Assembly: GCA_951406725.2 (NCBI GenBank)
Contig: OX597825.1
Coordinates: forward strand, 58,156,001-58,220,000
DNA: 64,000 nucleotides
Direction: 5' to 3'
DNA from: Octopus vulgaris
Taxonomy: Eukaryota
Shown here: positions 27,298-40,404 of the stretch, piece after piece
Layout: each line of letters begins with the position of its first letter
Position numbering within the stretch: position 1 is the first letter of the stretch
Position numbers and translations under genes: made by a program
Notes under the pieces: generated by a model
What the model saw: only the letters and a program-made list of their open reading frames with translations
What the model was told of the DNA's origin: nothing
The model's database searches: none

Positions 27298-27621
27298 GGA
27301 GATGTACTCGCATAGCAAGTGATTTGATCTGAGATCGTGTGCTGGAACGAAAACAATTGCAGCGTGGAAGGTGTTTGTAAGCCATTTAAGAAACACACGA
27401 AAGCCGTTCGATTCACTTCAACATTTAAGTTTAATTTGTCAAAATATTTTCGTCGCTTTAAGACCGCGACCTGTTCACTGACAAAAATCCGTGCTGCATC
27501 TGAGAAAGTAACAGTTAGTTCGTCATATATATATATAATTAAACTTAAATGTTGAAGTGAATCGAACGGCTTTTGTGTGTTTCTTAAATGGCTTACAAAC
27601 ACCTTCCACGCAAGCAATTGG
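27298..27621 (-). mobile_element. Short foldback insertion with variant hammerhead and 14-bp TSD
   Basis: TSD tttctttattttac at 27284-27297 and 27622-27635; inverted arms about 27353-27437 and 27537-27619. Confidence 0.8.
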
Positions 27622-28014
27622 TTTCTTTATTTTACTATCTTTATTTTCAGTATTTTTTATTATTGTCATGACCGTTTGATTTCTATTTCTATTTTCATTT
27701 TTGTTATAGTGTCTTATATCCGAGCTCTTTTTAATTCGATTTGATTTAACTATCATCGGACCTTTTTTTATTTCTTCTCTTTAATTATTGTCTATTTTAC
27801 GAACCACTTTTCCTTCAATATCTAAAGAATTTAAATCCCTCGATGAAGCCCTTGATGGATTGTAGCATCATAATGCACTAAAAAATACGTAAGATGCACC
27901 TTGATGGCGGCGGAAACGTTACGTAGGCAAAAAGGGAAGAACTTTAATAACAGCATAATAAAAAAAATTGGATATTCTCTGTTTTCCTTAAACTGATTCA
28001 ATATATTTATATAT

Positions 28015-28985
28015 ATATATATTATGATAGGTAAAAAAATACAAACTGTAACAAGAACGCATAACACTTAGAAGACGATACAACAAACACAGACAGGACA
28101 TTCGAAGCCCTCAGTCTTCAGTCAAGAACCGGATCATCGTAGTAATTTCGGCTGATTAATCTTGAGATTACTAGATCCGGCCAGCCCTCCAGGAAAACTA
28201 AGCAACGAGCATTAGAAAAACTAAGCTAGGAGCGTAGATTTCCTGGAAGAAGGATCGAATGCATACGAACACAGGGACAGCAAAACAGACGGTGCCACAC
28301 GAATATAAAAAACAAAAAACAATAATGAAATACAAAAACATGAAATACAAAAGCAATAATGGTAAAAACAGCAGGTGTCTTACGACTAATAACAGTGCAA
28401 ACAAGTTTGGCTGGCGTATTTTGGAAAAATTGCCTTAACGGCGAACAAGGACAACGATGTTGTCACGGCGCTGGTCAGAGGCCGAAAGGCGGATTTTGGC
28501 CAGCAGTCACGTGACGGAGAAGAGAGAAAAGAAAAGAAAAGAAAGGGAGGCAAAGGAAGGAAGAGAGAGAGAAGAGGGACGAAAGCAACAGGGGGGGGGA
28601 GAAGAGAGAGAAAGAAGGAATTAGAGAGGGGAGAAGGGATGGGTGTCAAAGATTGACCTGTGAGTGCAAGGCAAGACAAAGAAATGGAAGGGTGGGGGAA
28701 GAGTAGACCAAAGAATCAGAGGCAAGAGAAAAGGAGGATGAGTAGAGAGAAGAGAGAGAGAAGGGGACAGATCAACGTAGAATGCGAAGTAAATGTAAGA
28801 GAGAGAGACAAACAGAGTGTAGAGTCGTACCAAATTTACAAGAATATGTGCTCACATAAGTGTTAAGAAGGGTACGTGACGCCAGGAATATATATTATGA
28901 TAGGTAAAAAAAATACAAACTGTGACAAGAACGCATAACACTTAGAAGACGATACAACAAACACAGACAGGACATTCGAAGCCCT
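28015..28985 (-). mobile_element. Repeat with terminal direct duplication (pseudo-LTR-like) and degenerate hammerhead-like motifs
   Basis: 28015-28110 is repeated at 28890-28985; minus strand has GGCTG..CAGCC-GAAA and a separate CTGAAGA. Confidence 0.55.
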
Positions 28986-29042
28986 ATGTATATATATAGC
29001 GACGTACGTACCCTTTGTCTTATATGTAAGTATATATATATA

Positions 29043-29577
29043 CAGGGTGTCCCAAAAAAATGTATACACACCTTAAATAATTGTAAATTTGGGGTTTATT
29101 ATAATTCGAATAATTTTCAACATGTAAAAGAATTTACAAATATCATTCTATTGTCTTGTTATCGCATGTTCTCAAACTGATGTCCGTTCTGCTCCAGACA
29201 CTGCTGACAACGCGAAGCGATGGAATGGCGCACATCATGGAACAATTTCCTTGGGATATTCGTACATTCATGTTCAATGGTTGCCCTCAATTGAACGACT
29301 GTTGCAGGTTTCTGTGCGTAGACTTTGTCCTTTAGGTATCCCCATAAAAAGAAGTCTAGTGGTGTGAGGTCTGGTGAACGTGGAGGGTATTCGACAAAAC
29401 CTCTCCGTCCAATCCACCTGTTTGGCAAGATCCCATCAAGAAAGGATCTAACATCGCGATGGTAGTGTGGAGGTGCCCCATCTTGCTGGAAATAAAACTC
29501 TTCCTGTTCAAAGTCCTCTCTAATGCTTGTCCTGACAGACTGTTGCAGCTAGTGTATACATTTTTTGGGACACCCTG
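29043..29577 (-). mobile_element. DD41D (rosa-type) transposon deletion derivative with intact TIRs
   Basis: TIRs CAGGGTGTCCCAAAAAA(A)TGTATACAC, TA TSD; FQQDGAPPH...RWIGRRG..YPPRSPDLTPLDFFLWG with 41 residues between the Ds. Confidence 0.92.
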
Positions 29578-29581
29578 TATA

Positions 29582-29632
<51 letters not shown>

Positions 29633-30204
29633 TAATAAATAAAATATATGCATACATACAAACATATATGTACGTACCGACATCTACATGTATATATACA
29701 TGCATATATAAATATATATACGTACAGGACACCACAAGAAGACGTAAAAATCAACAGAAACGAAAACGGAAAAGCCATTTTGTTACAACAGAAGGACAGA
29801 GACGTGGAACAAGACGAAACGAAAACGGGAAAAACAATTATGTACAGCAGAAAAACGAAGTACAGGACATGCTGCACAAGGAAAAATCCCCTTCATCAGC
29901 TGTCGCTAGCAGACATAGCGTGTTTCGAAGGCAAGACAGGACACGTCTGGATCGTGCTAGGCCTTCCTACGAGAGAATTAAAATAAAATAACCTCGTAGA
30001 GGGGTAAAACGAGCAAGAAAAAAATGTAACACAAAAAGGGACGTAACAAAGAACTGCACAAAAAAATACAAGAAAAAAATAATACAAAATTAAAGATACA
30101 TGTACAAGAAAATACAAAACGAGAATTAAATTACAATACGAGAAATCAAAATAAACAAGAGAACAAACGAAAAAGACGAACGAAGGCCTTTGTTCTGGCG
30201 GGGA

Positions 30205-30289
<85 letters not shown>

Positions 30290-30295
<6 letters not shown>

Positions 30296-30659
30296 GTGAA
30301 TGGAAGAAATGGAGTTGAACGAAGATTGTACAGAATTCCTTTTATTACATTCTACACATGTTTCAAAGGCCACAATTTTCCAAATTCTGGTTAAATAAGG
30401 ATACCATATTGCAGCTTTCTCTTCAGGAAAAACCAGGAATTACGTTGTCAGAACAAAACAAAACAGAGGCGCAGCAAAGCAATTCGAACGAGGACGCTCC
30501 TTAAAAGCCCATGGGTAAACTGTTTATCAATGTACGTTGAAGTCGGGGGGTTGGTGGGGGCCGACAACATATATGTATGTATGTATGTGTGTATGTATGT
30601 ATGTATGTATGTATGTATGTATGTATGTATGTATGTATGTATGTATGTATGTATGTATA

Positions 30660-30738
<79 letters not shown>

Positions 30739-30960
30739 TGTTGAAATGGAAAGATGAATTTTCTTGTTACAGATTATTCAAAAGTTTAACCGATACCTGG
30801 GTAGCAAAAATCACAGCAGAAAAAAACACGGTTGGAGATAAGACCATATGGTGTTGCAACCGTGCGTTGGTGCGGATAATTGAAGTTTAATATAATTAGT
30901 GAATGGAAGAAATGGAGTTGAACGAAGATTGTACAGAATTCCTTTTATTACATTCTACAC

Positions 30961-30961
<1 letters not shown>
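30290..30961 (-). mobile_element. Tandem partial copies of a hammerhead-bearing repeat (family of 57254-58235)
   Basis: 30290-30358 is repeated at 30892-30960; hammerhead at 30349-30430 (-); embedded in (TA)n. Confidence 0.8.
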
Positions 30962-31023
<62 letters not shown>

Positions 31024-32007
31024 GGCACAGACGTATAAAATAAATGCCAGATTGATATACGTACTGAGGTCAGTATGAAAAATTTTTGAACGTGATATTT
31101 TTTAACATGGCGGCAGTCGAAAGACTAAACCCAGTAACATAATGTTTAAAGACTTAATGGCTTCAAATTTATGGTAATGGATTGCTAACCACAAGATCAT
31201 GAGTTGAAAACCTCGTATTGAATTTCCACTCTGTACGATAACAGTATAACGAAACATACAGCACCGATAGTTGTTGTTGACAAAAAACGGCAGTAATTTT
31301 TTATTCAGCTGGTTACACGTATTTGATTGGTTGAAATTACCGAAATACGACAACTTTAACACGAAATAACTTTGAAAATAAAAAATTTTCTCAACAACAC
31401 TAAGAGCAGAAGTTTTATATGACACATTCTACCAGTTTGAAATTGTTTAGTTACAAAAAATTAATTTCTCGATCTGCCGTTCAAAGGGTAAAGATCCATA
31501 TTTTAAAGTTATCGAATACCCGAATGAATTTTTTAGTAATTTGTTTTATTTTTATTATAATTTTTTTATTATTTTTATTATTATTAATTATTTTACTTTC
31601 ATTGTATTTATCATTATTATTATCATTGTTAATAAGGCGACGATGCTGGCAGAATTTTAGCGAGCTGGACAAGTTGTTTAGTGATATTTCGCCAATTTCT
31701 AAGTTTCTGATTTGAATTTCAAATTTATATTATACAAAATATTTTTAGCAATTTAATTTAATTTTATAATTGATTTTATTTAATCTACACCTCTGAAATT
31801 GTTCCTTCTTTCAACAATTTTTATTTCTATTTATTTTTATTCTATATTCATTCTTATATTGGTTATTCAATACACCAGACACACAGTTTTGAATATATAC
31901 GTATGCGTATATATGAATGTATGCATGTATGTAGATATATATACGTGTATATGTTTATAGGTATATATGTATGCGTGTATACATGTGTGTAATTATGTAT
32001 GTATGTT

Positions 32008-32520
32008 TGTTCCTTCTCGAGCCATCCCTGGCTCATAAGGGCCGGTTTCCCGGTTTCCTTGGTGTATAGGTTCCCCACCTGTACGGGACGCCAGTCCGTC
32101 GCATGTGAGCTGCAAGATTCAGGAGGAAAGAGTGAAAGAAAGTTGTAGCGGAAGAGTCAGAAGTTCGTTATTACCTTCTGCCCGAGCCGCGTGGAGCTTA
32201 GGTGTTTCGCTCATAAACACACAGATTCGAACCCGCTGCTCTAACCACTAAGCCATGTGCCTCCACAAAATATTCCTTCTTGAGCCATGCCAGGCTCATA
32301 AGGGCCGGTTTCCCGGTTTCAGTGGCGTAGAAATTCCCCATCTTGACGGGACTACTGTCCGTCGCAGGATTACTCATTTTTGCCAGCTGAGTGGACTGGA
32401 GCAACGTGAAATATAGTGTTTTGCTCAAGAACACAACGCATCGCCCGGTCCAGCAATCGAAACCACAACCTTACGATCATGAGTTCAACACATTAAACAC
32501 TGAGCCACGCGCCTCCACAA
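32008..32520 (-). mobile_element. Two tandem tRNA-derived SINE copies
   Basis: Repeated tail ttccttct..gagccat..ggctcataagggccggtttcccgg at about 32008 and 32272; tRNA-like heads on the minus strand. Confidence 0.7.
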
Positions 32521-32640
32521 CTATGTATGTATATGCATGTATCTATGTAGGTATGTTTATGCAAGTCTATTTACATGTGTGCGTATATGGGCTTGACTAT
32601 ACACACATAAGGGTTTTGCAGAATCTTATCTTTTCTTGAA

Positions 32641-32872
32641 GGCGGCGAGGTGGCAGTAACGTTAGCACGCCGGGCGAAATGCTTAGCACTATTTCGTCTG
32701 CCGCTACGTTCTCAGTTCAAATTCCGCCGAGGTCGACTTTGCCTTGCATCCTTTCGGGGTCGATTAAATAAGTACCAGTTACGCACTGGGGTCGATATAA
32801 TCGACTCAATCCGTTTGTCTGTCCTTGTTTGTCCTCTCTGTGTTTAGCCCCTTGTGGGCAGTAAAGAAATAA
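32641..32872 (+). mobile_element. Nin/Deu-domain SINE
   Basis: Near-identical to 26087-26320. Confidence 0.85.
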
Positions 32873-33439
32873 GAATCTTATCTTTTCTTTTTCTAACGAC
32901 TTGATACTATTAGGAACGCTATTTTCAAATACCACCCTTTCTCTCTTCCTCCCCACTACTTATTCTGATTCTTTTTGTTCTCTTTTTTCTTTTCTTCTTT
33001 CTCTAACTGGCAACAACAAAGTTGTATATTAGAATACATTCTTATTGTACGACAATCAAGTCATACAATAAAAATTCCAATATCAAGCGGCCATCACATT
33101 TTGAAGCGCAATCATAAGAATAGTTACATTCCAAGAATACTCCATGCACCCTATAAGGATGATCTGGATAGAACAGTGGTACTTGACAAGGCATGTAGAA
33201 GGTACTCACTTTCCAATATAGATTCTTTTGCGTGATAATACTACATTAAAATTGAATGGTTCAATTCACCGCCAGAATGGCATCTACTTGGGAACTGAGA
33301 ATCTGTATCATGTTAATTTACCAATAGTTACAGTATGGTGATCAAAAGGCTTAAGTGCACCACCCTTTTCTTTACAAAACTGGGCCTGGTCCCCGCTACC
33401 TTGAATTGCTGCGACAATCTGCAATATAAGTGCCTACCT

Positions 33440-33783
33440 TGACGAAATTCGGCTAAACGGGTGGATTGGACGAAGTGGCTCAGTAGAACAAACCCCACCG
33501 CATTCTCCTGACGTTGCACTGCAAGACATTTTATGGGGATACTTGAAGATTACAGTACAAAATAGGCAACAGTCGACAAATTGAGACAGCCTTTGAAGAA
33601 AGACATTGCTTAGCGTTATCAACAATGCTTGAACCTCAACACTCATCAGTTTGAAAACAAGCTTTCGTAAAAAGAATAATTTCTGTCTATAGATTCCATT
33701 AAAATTTGAAAACGAAATGAATTTTGATAAACTTATTTTAAAATCCTTCAATGTGTGTATACATTTGGTAGGGTACACCCTGT
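33440..33783 (+). mobile_element. Degenerate DD41D-like transposon 3' end
   Basis: WIGRSGSVE..PPHSPD..LWGYLK remnant; terminus GTGTATACATTT..CACCCTG-TA like 29552-29579. Confidence 0.7.
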
Positions 33784-34018
33784 ATATACGTATATTCATT
33801 TTAATTTCCTCCGTCTTTTCCGTCTCCCCTTCCAACTGGCACACCATCACTCTCTTCTCTTATGCTCTTCTTGCTGCTGTTCAGTGATGCAGCCCTGTAT
33901 CTTCACGGATGTGTTAATTCCATTACTTAACCTCTCAATTATGAGATTTTGTGTATTAGAAGTTTTAACACAATGTCTGCACTACACAGTTATTCTGTTG
34001 CCTACTTACTACGTGGTC

Positions 34019-34406
34019 AGTGGAGGCGCAATGGCCCAGTGGTTAGGGCAGCGGACTCGCGGTCATAGGATCGCGGTTTCGATTCCCAGACCGGGCGTTG
34101 TGAGTGTTTATTGAGCGAAAACACCTAAAAGCTCCACGAGGCTCCGGCAGGGATGGTGGTGATCCCTGCTGTACTCTTTCACCACAACTTTCTCTCACTC
34201 TTACTTCCTGTTTCTGTTGTACCTGTATTTCAAAGGGCCGGCCTTGTCATTCTCTGTGTCACGCTGAATATCCCCGAGAACTACGTTAAGGGTACACGTG
34301 TCTGTGGAGTGCTCAGCCACTTACACGTTAATTTCACGAGCAGGCTGTTCCGTTGATCGGATCAACCGGAACCCTCGTCGTCGTAACCGACGGAGTGCTT
34401 CCATCC
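34019..34406 (+). mobile_element. Full-length tRNA(Arg)-derived SINE with 11-bp TSD
   Basis: A box TGGCCCAGTGG, TCG loop, B box GTTTCGATTCC; TSD actacgtggtc at 34008-34018 and 34407-34417. Confidence 0.92.
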
Positions 34407-35574
34407 ACTACGTGGTCGAACATTTCAGTCTTTTCTTTCTGATTACCTCAATTACGGTATTATGTAAGCAGCTTTCCTTAAAGAACTATTCTTACGCCTC
34501 TCTCATTAAAATAGACTGTAAAAATATTTATTTTACTAACCTCTAGTTTACGTGTATTTTCGGATTTCAGGGTCCATTTTTTTTGAGTTTCAGACTATGA
34601 TCAGAGGAATAAGGTGGTTGTACAACTTTAAAATGTATCCCTGGCTGATATTCTATCGGTTCCAAACGGTGATATCCTATCGGTTCTTAGTTTTCCAAAC
34701 ACTATACTTGCTAGTGTAACCTAACATGTGGCCTTCTGATATATGTGCAGAGAAGAGGACTATACAGCCCGGAATGATTAACTCCAGAACCATTCAGTGT
34801 GACTATTTCCTTTACTAGGTGATATCGTCTTGCATTTAGTACGACTTATTTTCATAAGCCATTTTCCGTCCAAGACCGTCGATGTTAGATTTTTTCACAT
34901 ATTTCCTCTCTTTATAATTAGCTATAAATTTTTCCTAGTCGTTCTTCGGTTAAAAAACAAATCTGTCTCTATGACATTTCAGCTTCGCTCACTCCCTATT
35001 TCTATCGCTACCTCACTGTTATCTATTTACCTTTCTAGCACGCTTTTTACACGAGCACATACTTCAATCTCTTTTCCTCCCTCCCTCCCTCCCTCTCTTT
35101 CTTTCTTTCTTTCTCCTCTCGCATTATTTGTTGCCTCTGCTTGCTTGGAGACTTAAGCCAGAAGAGAAGTTCAAATTGTGTTTGATCTCTGTTGTTTTGC
35201 TTTGCTTGACATATTTTCTCTCTTTCTTGGGAGTTATAAAAACGATTATTCTTCATATATTTTTCTCCACAAATTATGTATTTCGATTTTTCTTTGCTTT
35301 TGGTCCAAATATGGCCCCTACTCCCTATTCCTGCCAACACTTCCCATAAGATCCACTACGATAAGCTCCCCTTAATCACTAGTGCCATTAGGATCAGCCT
35401 CATTATGAAACTACCTCCACAGGAGCACAATTTTCAAATGCATATCTGTATACATCTACACACCGGTTCTGTACTTCAGTATATACATTTAAACTACATT
35501 AGGTACTGGTGACAGGTCGGTGCAGTACTTCCAATCCAGTGAAAAAGATGACTTATGACAGATATCAATAATAC

Positions 35575-35807
35575 CTATTTCTTTACTACCCACAAGGAGC
35601 TAAACATAGAGAGGACAAACAAGGACAAACAAACGGATTAAGTCGATTATATCGACCTCAGTGCGTAACTGGTACTTAATTTATCGACCCCGAAAGGATG
35701 AAAGGCAAAGTCGACCTCGGCAGAATTTGAACTCAGAACGTAGCGGCAGACGAAATACCGCTAAGCATTTCGCCCAGCGTGCTAACGATTCTGCCAGCTC
35801 GCCGCCT
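35575..35807 (-). mobile_element. Nin/Deu-domain SINE
   Basis: Reverse complement of the 26087 family; flanked by a repeated tgacagatatcaataatacct. Confidence 0.85.
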
Positions 35808-37993
35808 TTGACAGATATCAATAATACCTTCAGACATGCAAACAAGATTTGATACGTTACTGCATGAAGATGCTGAATACTTCACAAGCATAACCTAGAA
35901 ATGGAGTTAGTAGATTATTAACCGTAATTGTCAGATTGCAGCTCTCCGATGAATCAAATCCTAAAATGGTTGTAAGTGGTGTTCCTTTATACACTCCGGT
36001 ACACTGCTTTAACGACAGATTGTATACTAAGCAATAACAAATCTAGACAACGGGTCATATACTAAGCAGTATACTCTGAGTATATTAAAAAGGTAGATGA
36101 GTATTACGCCAGCAACCACATGGTTCGGTATAGCAGTATGCCTTTAATACAGACAAGGTTTCTTTACAAAGCTTTCTCTGAGCATACTCTCATGGAAAGT
36201 GTTTTAGCAAGTACAGGGGAACGTTTATTTATTTATTTATTTATAGTTTATTATTTTTCATGGCAGCACAACCACCCCTAGCGACTTGCTACAGTCCACT
36301 CAGCTGTCAAAAGTTAGTTGTATCTGTATTTCAAAGGACCAGCTTTATCGCATTATATGTTACACTGTATCTCCTTGAGAACTACGTAGAATGTAGGCGT
36401 GTCTGTGGAGTGCTCAGGCATTTGCACGTTAATTTCACAAGCAAGCCGGTCCGTTGATCGGATCAACGGGAATACCGGTCGTCGACACCGAAGGAAGGTC
36501 AACTCGTCTTTACGTCTGTCCTTTTAAATCAATTCTCATCCCATGGGAAGTAACTCTTTGAACGTGACGTTTGGATTACCTCCCTTACACGCTTTTCTCA
36601 TAAAGGTGTGTATAGGTGCGTTTGCAATATATAACCTGTATCCGCTGGGTTCTACATGTTTTTTTCATTCTCGCTCTGTTATTTTCCTTGTATTACTTTC
36701 TGTTGAAGAGCGTTGGCACGAAACGTAAAATACCTTTTTAGTTTTCTCGAGCGTCAAACTAATACATTTGCTTGTTGTTCACACACTTGGCTTCGTCTTT
36801 TGTTTTTCTATAAATTTCAACTACATAACATACACACACACTGGCCCCAAGGCTGTATTTTGCTCGTTTCGTTTTTGTCCATCGCCTTAAATTACAACTT
36901 TTTACGTATTTCTTCTCTGTGTCTTTTTACTTGCTGGAGACCCGATTCCCTTCGCCCTCTGTCAGATCATTGACGGTGCGAAACGGAGTATAACCATTTT
37001 GGTTAATAACTGATGAAGAATTAGGGGGCAGATGTTTTTAATCTGCCGTTGTTTATTTACAATACATTTTTTCATTTATTAAGTAACGGTGCGCAACACA
37101 TACTCAACGTTTATTAACAGTAAGTTCATATACAATATATTCTGTGTGACTCTACTCTTCCTTTTCTCTCTTGCTATTACTTCTATTTCTTGCCTGTCCA
37201 TTTTCCCTTTTTTCTCTCTCTCTCGTCTTCTCACTTGTATTTGTAACCTTTCTCCTGCTCCTTTACCCCTTCATTTCTTCCCTTATTTTTCCCTCAACAT
37301 TCTCTCTGTTGCTCTCTCTCTCCCTTTCTCCTCTGCCTGCTGCTGACACGTGCCCCGTGGGTAGTTTTCCTTGATTCTCTCTCTTTCTCACACCGGCCGC
37401 CTAGCGATTCGGTCGCAAAAAAAAAGTTCTGTCTTACTATTTGTTGTTGTCTATATCCTTCAGGATTCTTCTAAGCAAGACCGGATCTAGTTTTTTTTTT
37501 TTTTGTTTTTTTTTTCATTCGCAAAATATGCATTTTTTAAAATGAAGTAAAAAATCTGAAAATCGGCTATAATAACGCAGCCTTTCAGTCTCATTGCTTT
37601 GAAGGTATAATGTTGCGGAGAAGAAAAAAAATTGGTGAAAAGAGTTACAGAGATTTAAAATCGAAAAAAACTGGGTACCTTTAGCCAATAGCGAGACAGA
37701 AATTTTCTGCGTTTAGCGGAGCAGTGTCAGCTTTAAGGTTGTAACCTGTGAAATTTATAGTTTAGCGTTTGACCTGTTCATTGTAGGTTTCTAAATAAAC
37801 AGAAATACCTAATAAAATCAACATGTATCATCTTACTGTTTCTTTTGTTTCGTCATTGATTGTATGCTTTTATCATTTTTTTTTTTAATTTCTTATATTA
37901 ATATATTCGCTGCATGTGTTTACTTTATGCGTACTTCAGTATTATGTATACCTGCCATGTATTCATGCGCATCATTAATATATACGCGCATGT

Positions 37994-38032
<39 letters not shown>

Positions 38033-38069
38033 CCTTTGGAAACAATTCAAATTTTCAGTTCTGTATTTA

Positions 38070-38336
38070 AGAGAGAGGAATTATGTACATTATTTACATT
38101 TGACGGATATTTGTCCTCGTCTTGTTTGTTATTATCACAACGTTTCGGCTGATATGCCCTCCAGCCTTCATCAGGTGCTTTGGGGAAATTTCGAACCTGG
38201 GTTCTCATTCCTAAGGTATTTTTCGATGTTATTATTATTGTTATTGTTATTATTATTCAGATCACGGGCATATGACGTAGTGGTTAAGAGCGCGGACTAC
38301 TAACCCCAAGATTCCGTGTTCGATTCCTGGCAGTGG

Positions 38337-38396
<60 letters not shown>

Positions 38397-38523
38397 CAAC
38401 ATCGAAAAATACCTTAGGAATGGGAATCCAGGTTCGAAATTTCCCCCCACACAGCTGATGAAAGCTGGAGAGTATATCAGCCAAAACGTTGTGTTAACAA
38501 CAAACAAGATGAGGACATATGTA
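38070..38523 (+). mobile_element. tRNA-headed, hammerhead-tailed SINE-like element with inverted upstream copy of its tail
   Basis: tRNA-like head 38266-38338 (A box TGACGTAGTGG, B box GTTCGATTC), (AAT)n, then hammerhead 38449-38495; inverted copy with hammerhead at 38134-38179. Confidence 0.8.
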
Positions 38524-40229
38524 AATATATATATATATATATATACTCTTTTACTTCTTTCAGTCATTTTACTGCGGCCATGCTGGGGCACCGCCTTTAG
38601 TCGAACAAATCGACCCCAGTACTTATTCTCTGTAAGCCTACTACGTATTCTATCTGAGGTGGGGTTTTTTGCCGAACCGCTAAGTTACGCGGGACGTAAA
38701 CACACGGGATCGGTTGTCAAGCGATGGGGGGGGGGCAAACACACACACACATACACACAGATTACTTTCACAAAACAAAGCATTTCTTTTATAAAAACAA
38801 TTTTTACTTCGATGCATTTTGCTTGTTCTCTTAAGTTTATAGTTTTAGGGTTAACGTGTGAATTTCTTCATACCTTCTGTAATTGGTATTTTGACTCCTG
38901 TTCTAAATAAAACTGTACTATTATTTTTACACATTTTTGATAAATACTAGTGTTGGTTATCACAGTTAAACTGGTTTCGATATTAATTTAGTAAATTTTC
39001 AGTAGCAAATAAACTTCCTACATTTGCTTCAAATATAAGCCTCACCCTATAGACTCATATTTATTTTAATAACAATGCTAATAAATATTAATTAATACGC
39101 TGCGATGTTTTAGCTCTGATGGGGTACGGCAAGAAGTGCACATCGTTATTGCAGTGGGGTTCTAATTGGAGGTCACTCTTTAACCAGCCCTATATTTATG
39201 AATCAGTCTTATTGATACTATTTCCCTGACGATTTATTTTTAAATATTTAATGCCTCTCCATCATTCTTTTACGATGATGAGGGTGCCAGTTGATCCGAT
39301 CAACAAAACAGCCTGCTCGTGAAATTAACGTGCACGTGGCTGAGCACTCCACGGATATCTGTACTCTTAACGTAGGGATCTTCAGCATGACACAGAGTCA
39401 AAAAATAGAGTGTGACAAGGCTGGCCCTTTGAAATACAGGTACTACTTGTTTTTGCCAGCTAGGACTGGAGCAACGAGGACACGGTGCCTCGCCGGGAAA
39501 CACACTCTAAATCATTAGAGCAGTAATGTATTTTTTAGGAAGGCAAAAGTTATGGACGGTCATACAGTGACCATGAGTTTCGCAGCTACAAAGCACTTAA
39601 CAGTATAAGCAACTCATGTTCATGTATGTACATATTATAGATAGAGCGATTGACCATATATCCAGAACAAAGTCGACCTCGGCGGAATTTGAACCCAGAA
39701 GGTAACGGCAGACAAAATACGGCTACGCATTTCCCCCAGCGTGCTAACGTTTCTGCCAGCTCGCCGCCTTAATGTTCATGTATGTATAGTTCTCTGTTTA
39801 TTTGTCTGTGTATATAAGTATGTATGCACACATATGTACAAAAGTGTGAATGACGGTGGAAGTCTAGTTAGTATCTTAGCCCTCTCAGCTTCATTCTTCT
39901 AATTATCTATTTCTCTTCGTTTTTTCTTCTTGTATTACTTCTCGTTCTTCTTTTCTTTACGCTTTTTCATCTCATTCTCTCCCTTATCATTCTTCTCCTT
40001 CTCCCCAACTACTTCTTGTTCTTCTGAGCCTTCTCCTTTTCTGGCTTCTCTGGGTAGAGAACGCACTTGATTCGGATTCCACCCTTACCTCACTTCCTCC
40101 GTAATGCAATCTGTTGATATCTTTTTTTTTTTTCCATCAGGGGAAGTAACTCTATAGACTTGATACCTGAGTTATCTCCTTTCACTAATAAGACATTTTC
40201 CTTAACCAAGACTAAATGATTGTGTGTTT

Positions 40230-40273
<44 letters not shown>

Positions 40274-40404
40274 CACACACACACACATATTTATATATAT
40301 ATTTTATATATATATATATATATAATAATAAATATTAGGGAATGAATCCAAAATTACAGGGAAAAATCAGATTTAGGGTTAAATCCAATTTTATAGTAAA
40401 ATAT

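Larger units (their letters stand above)
25577..27995 (-). mobile_element. Degraded Penelope-like element bounded by inverted pseudo-LTRs containing hammerheads
   Basis: 25577-25740 is the reverse complement of 27830-27995. Minus-strand 27000-27180 translates approximately to WFIISFRKQISDNI..IHFSKNNKY..FN..IKIAFC, resembling the Penelope WFNPPF..KHF..IFN..VKISYS region. Confidence 0.65.

Noticed and set aside
29880-29975. CTGATGA and stem-GAAA motifs on the minus strand
   Set aside because: The motifs are in the wrong order for one ribozyme and each lacks its partner.
34021-34095. tRNA-Arg(TCG) gene
   Set aside because: Continues into a SINE body with TSDs and has multiple copies.
36695-36735. 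Hammerhead-like TTGAAGA..GAAACGTA
   Set aside because: Stems too degenerate in this copy to support a call.
38266-38338. Functional tRNA gene (ACT anticodon)
   Set aside because: Acceptor and anticodon stems pair poorly and it is embedded in a repeat; treated as a SINE head.
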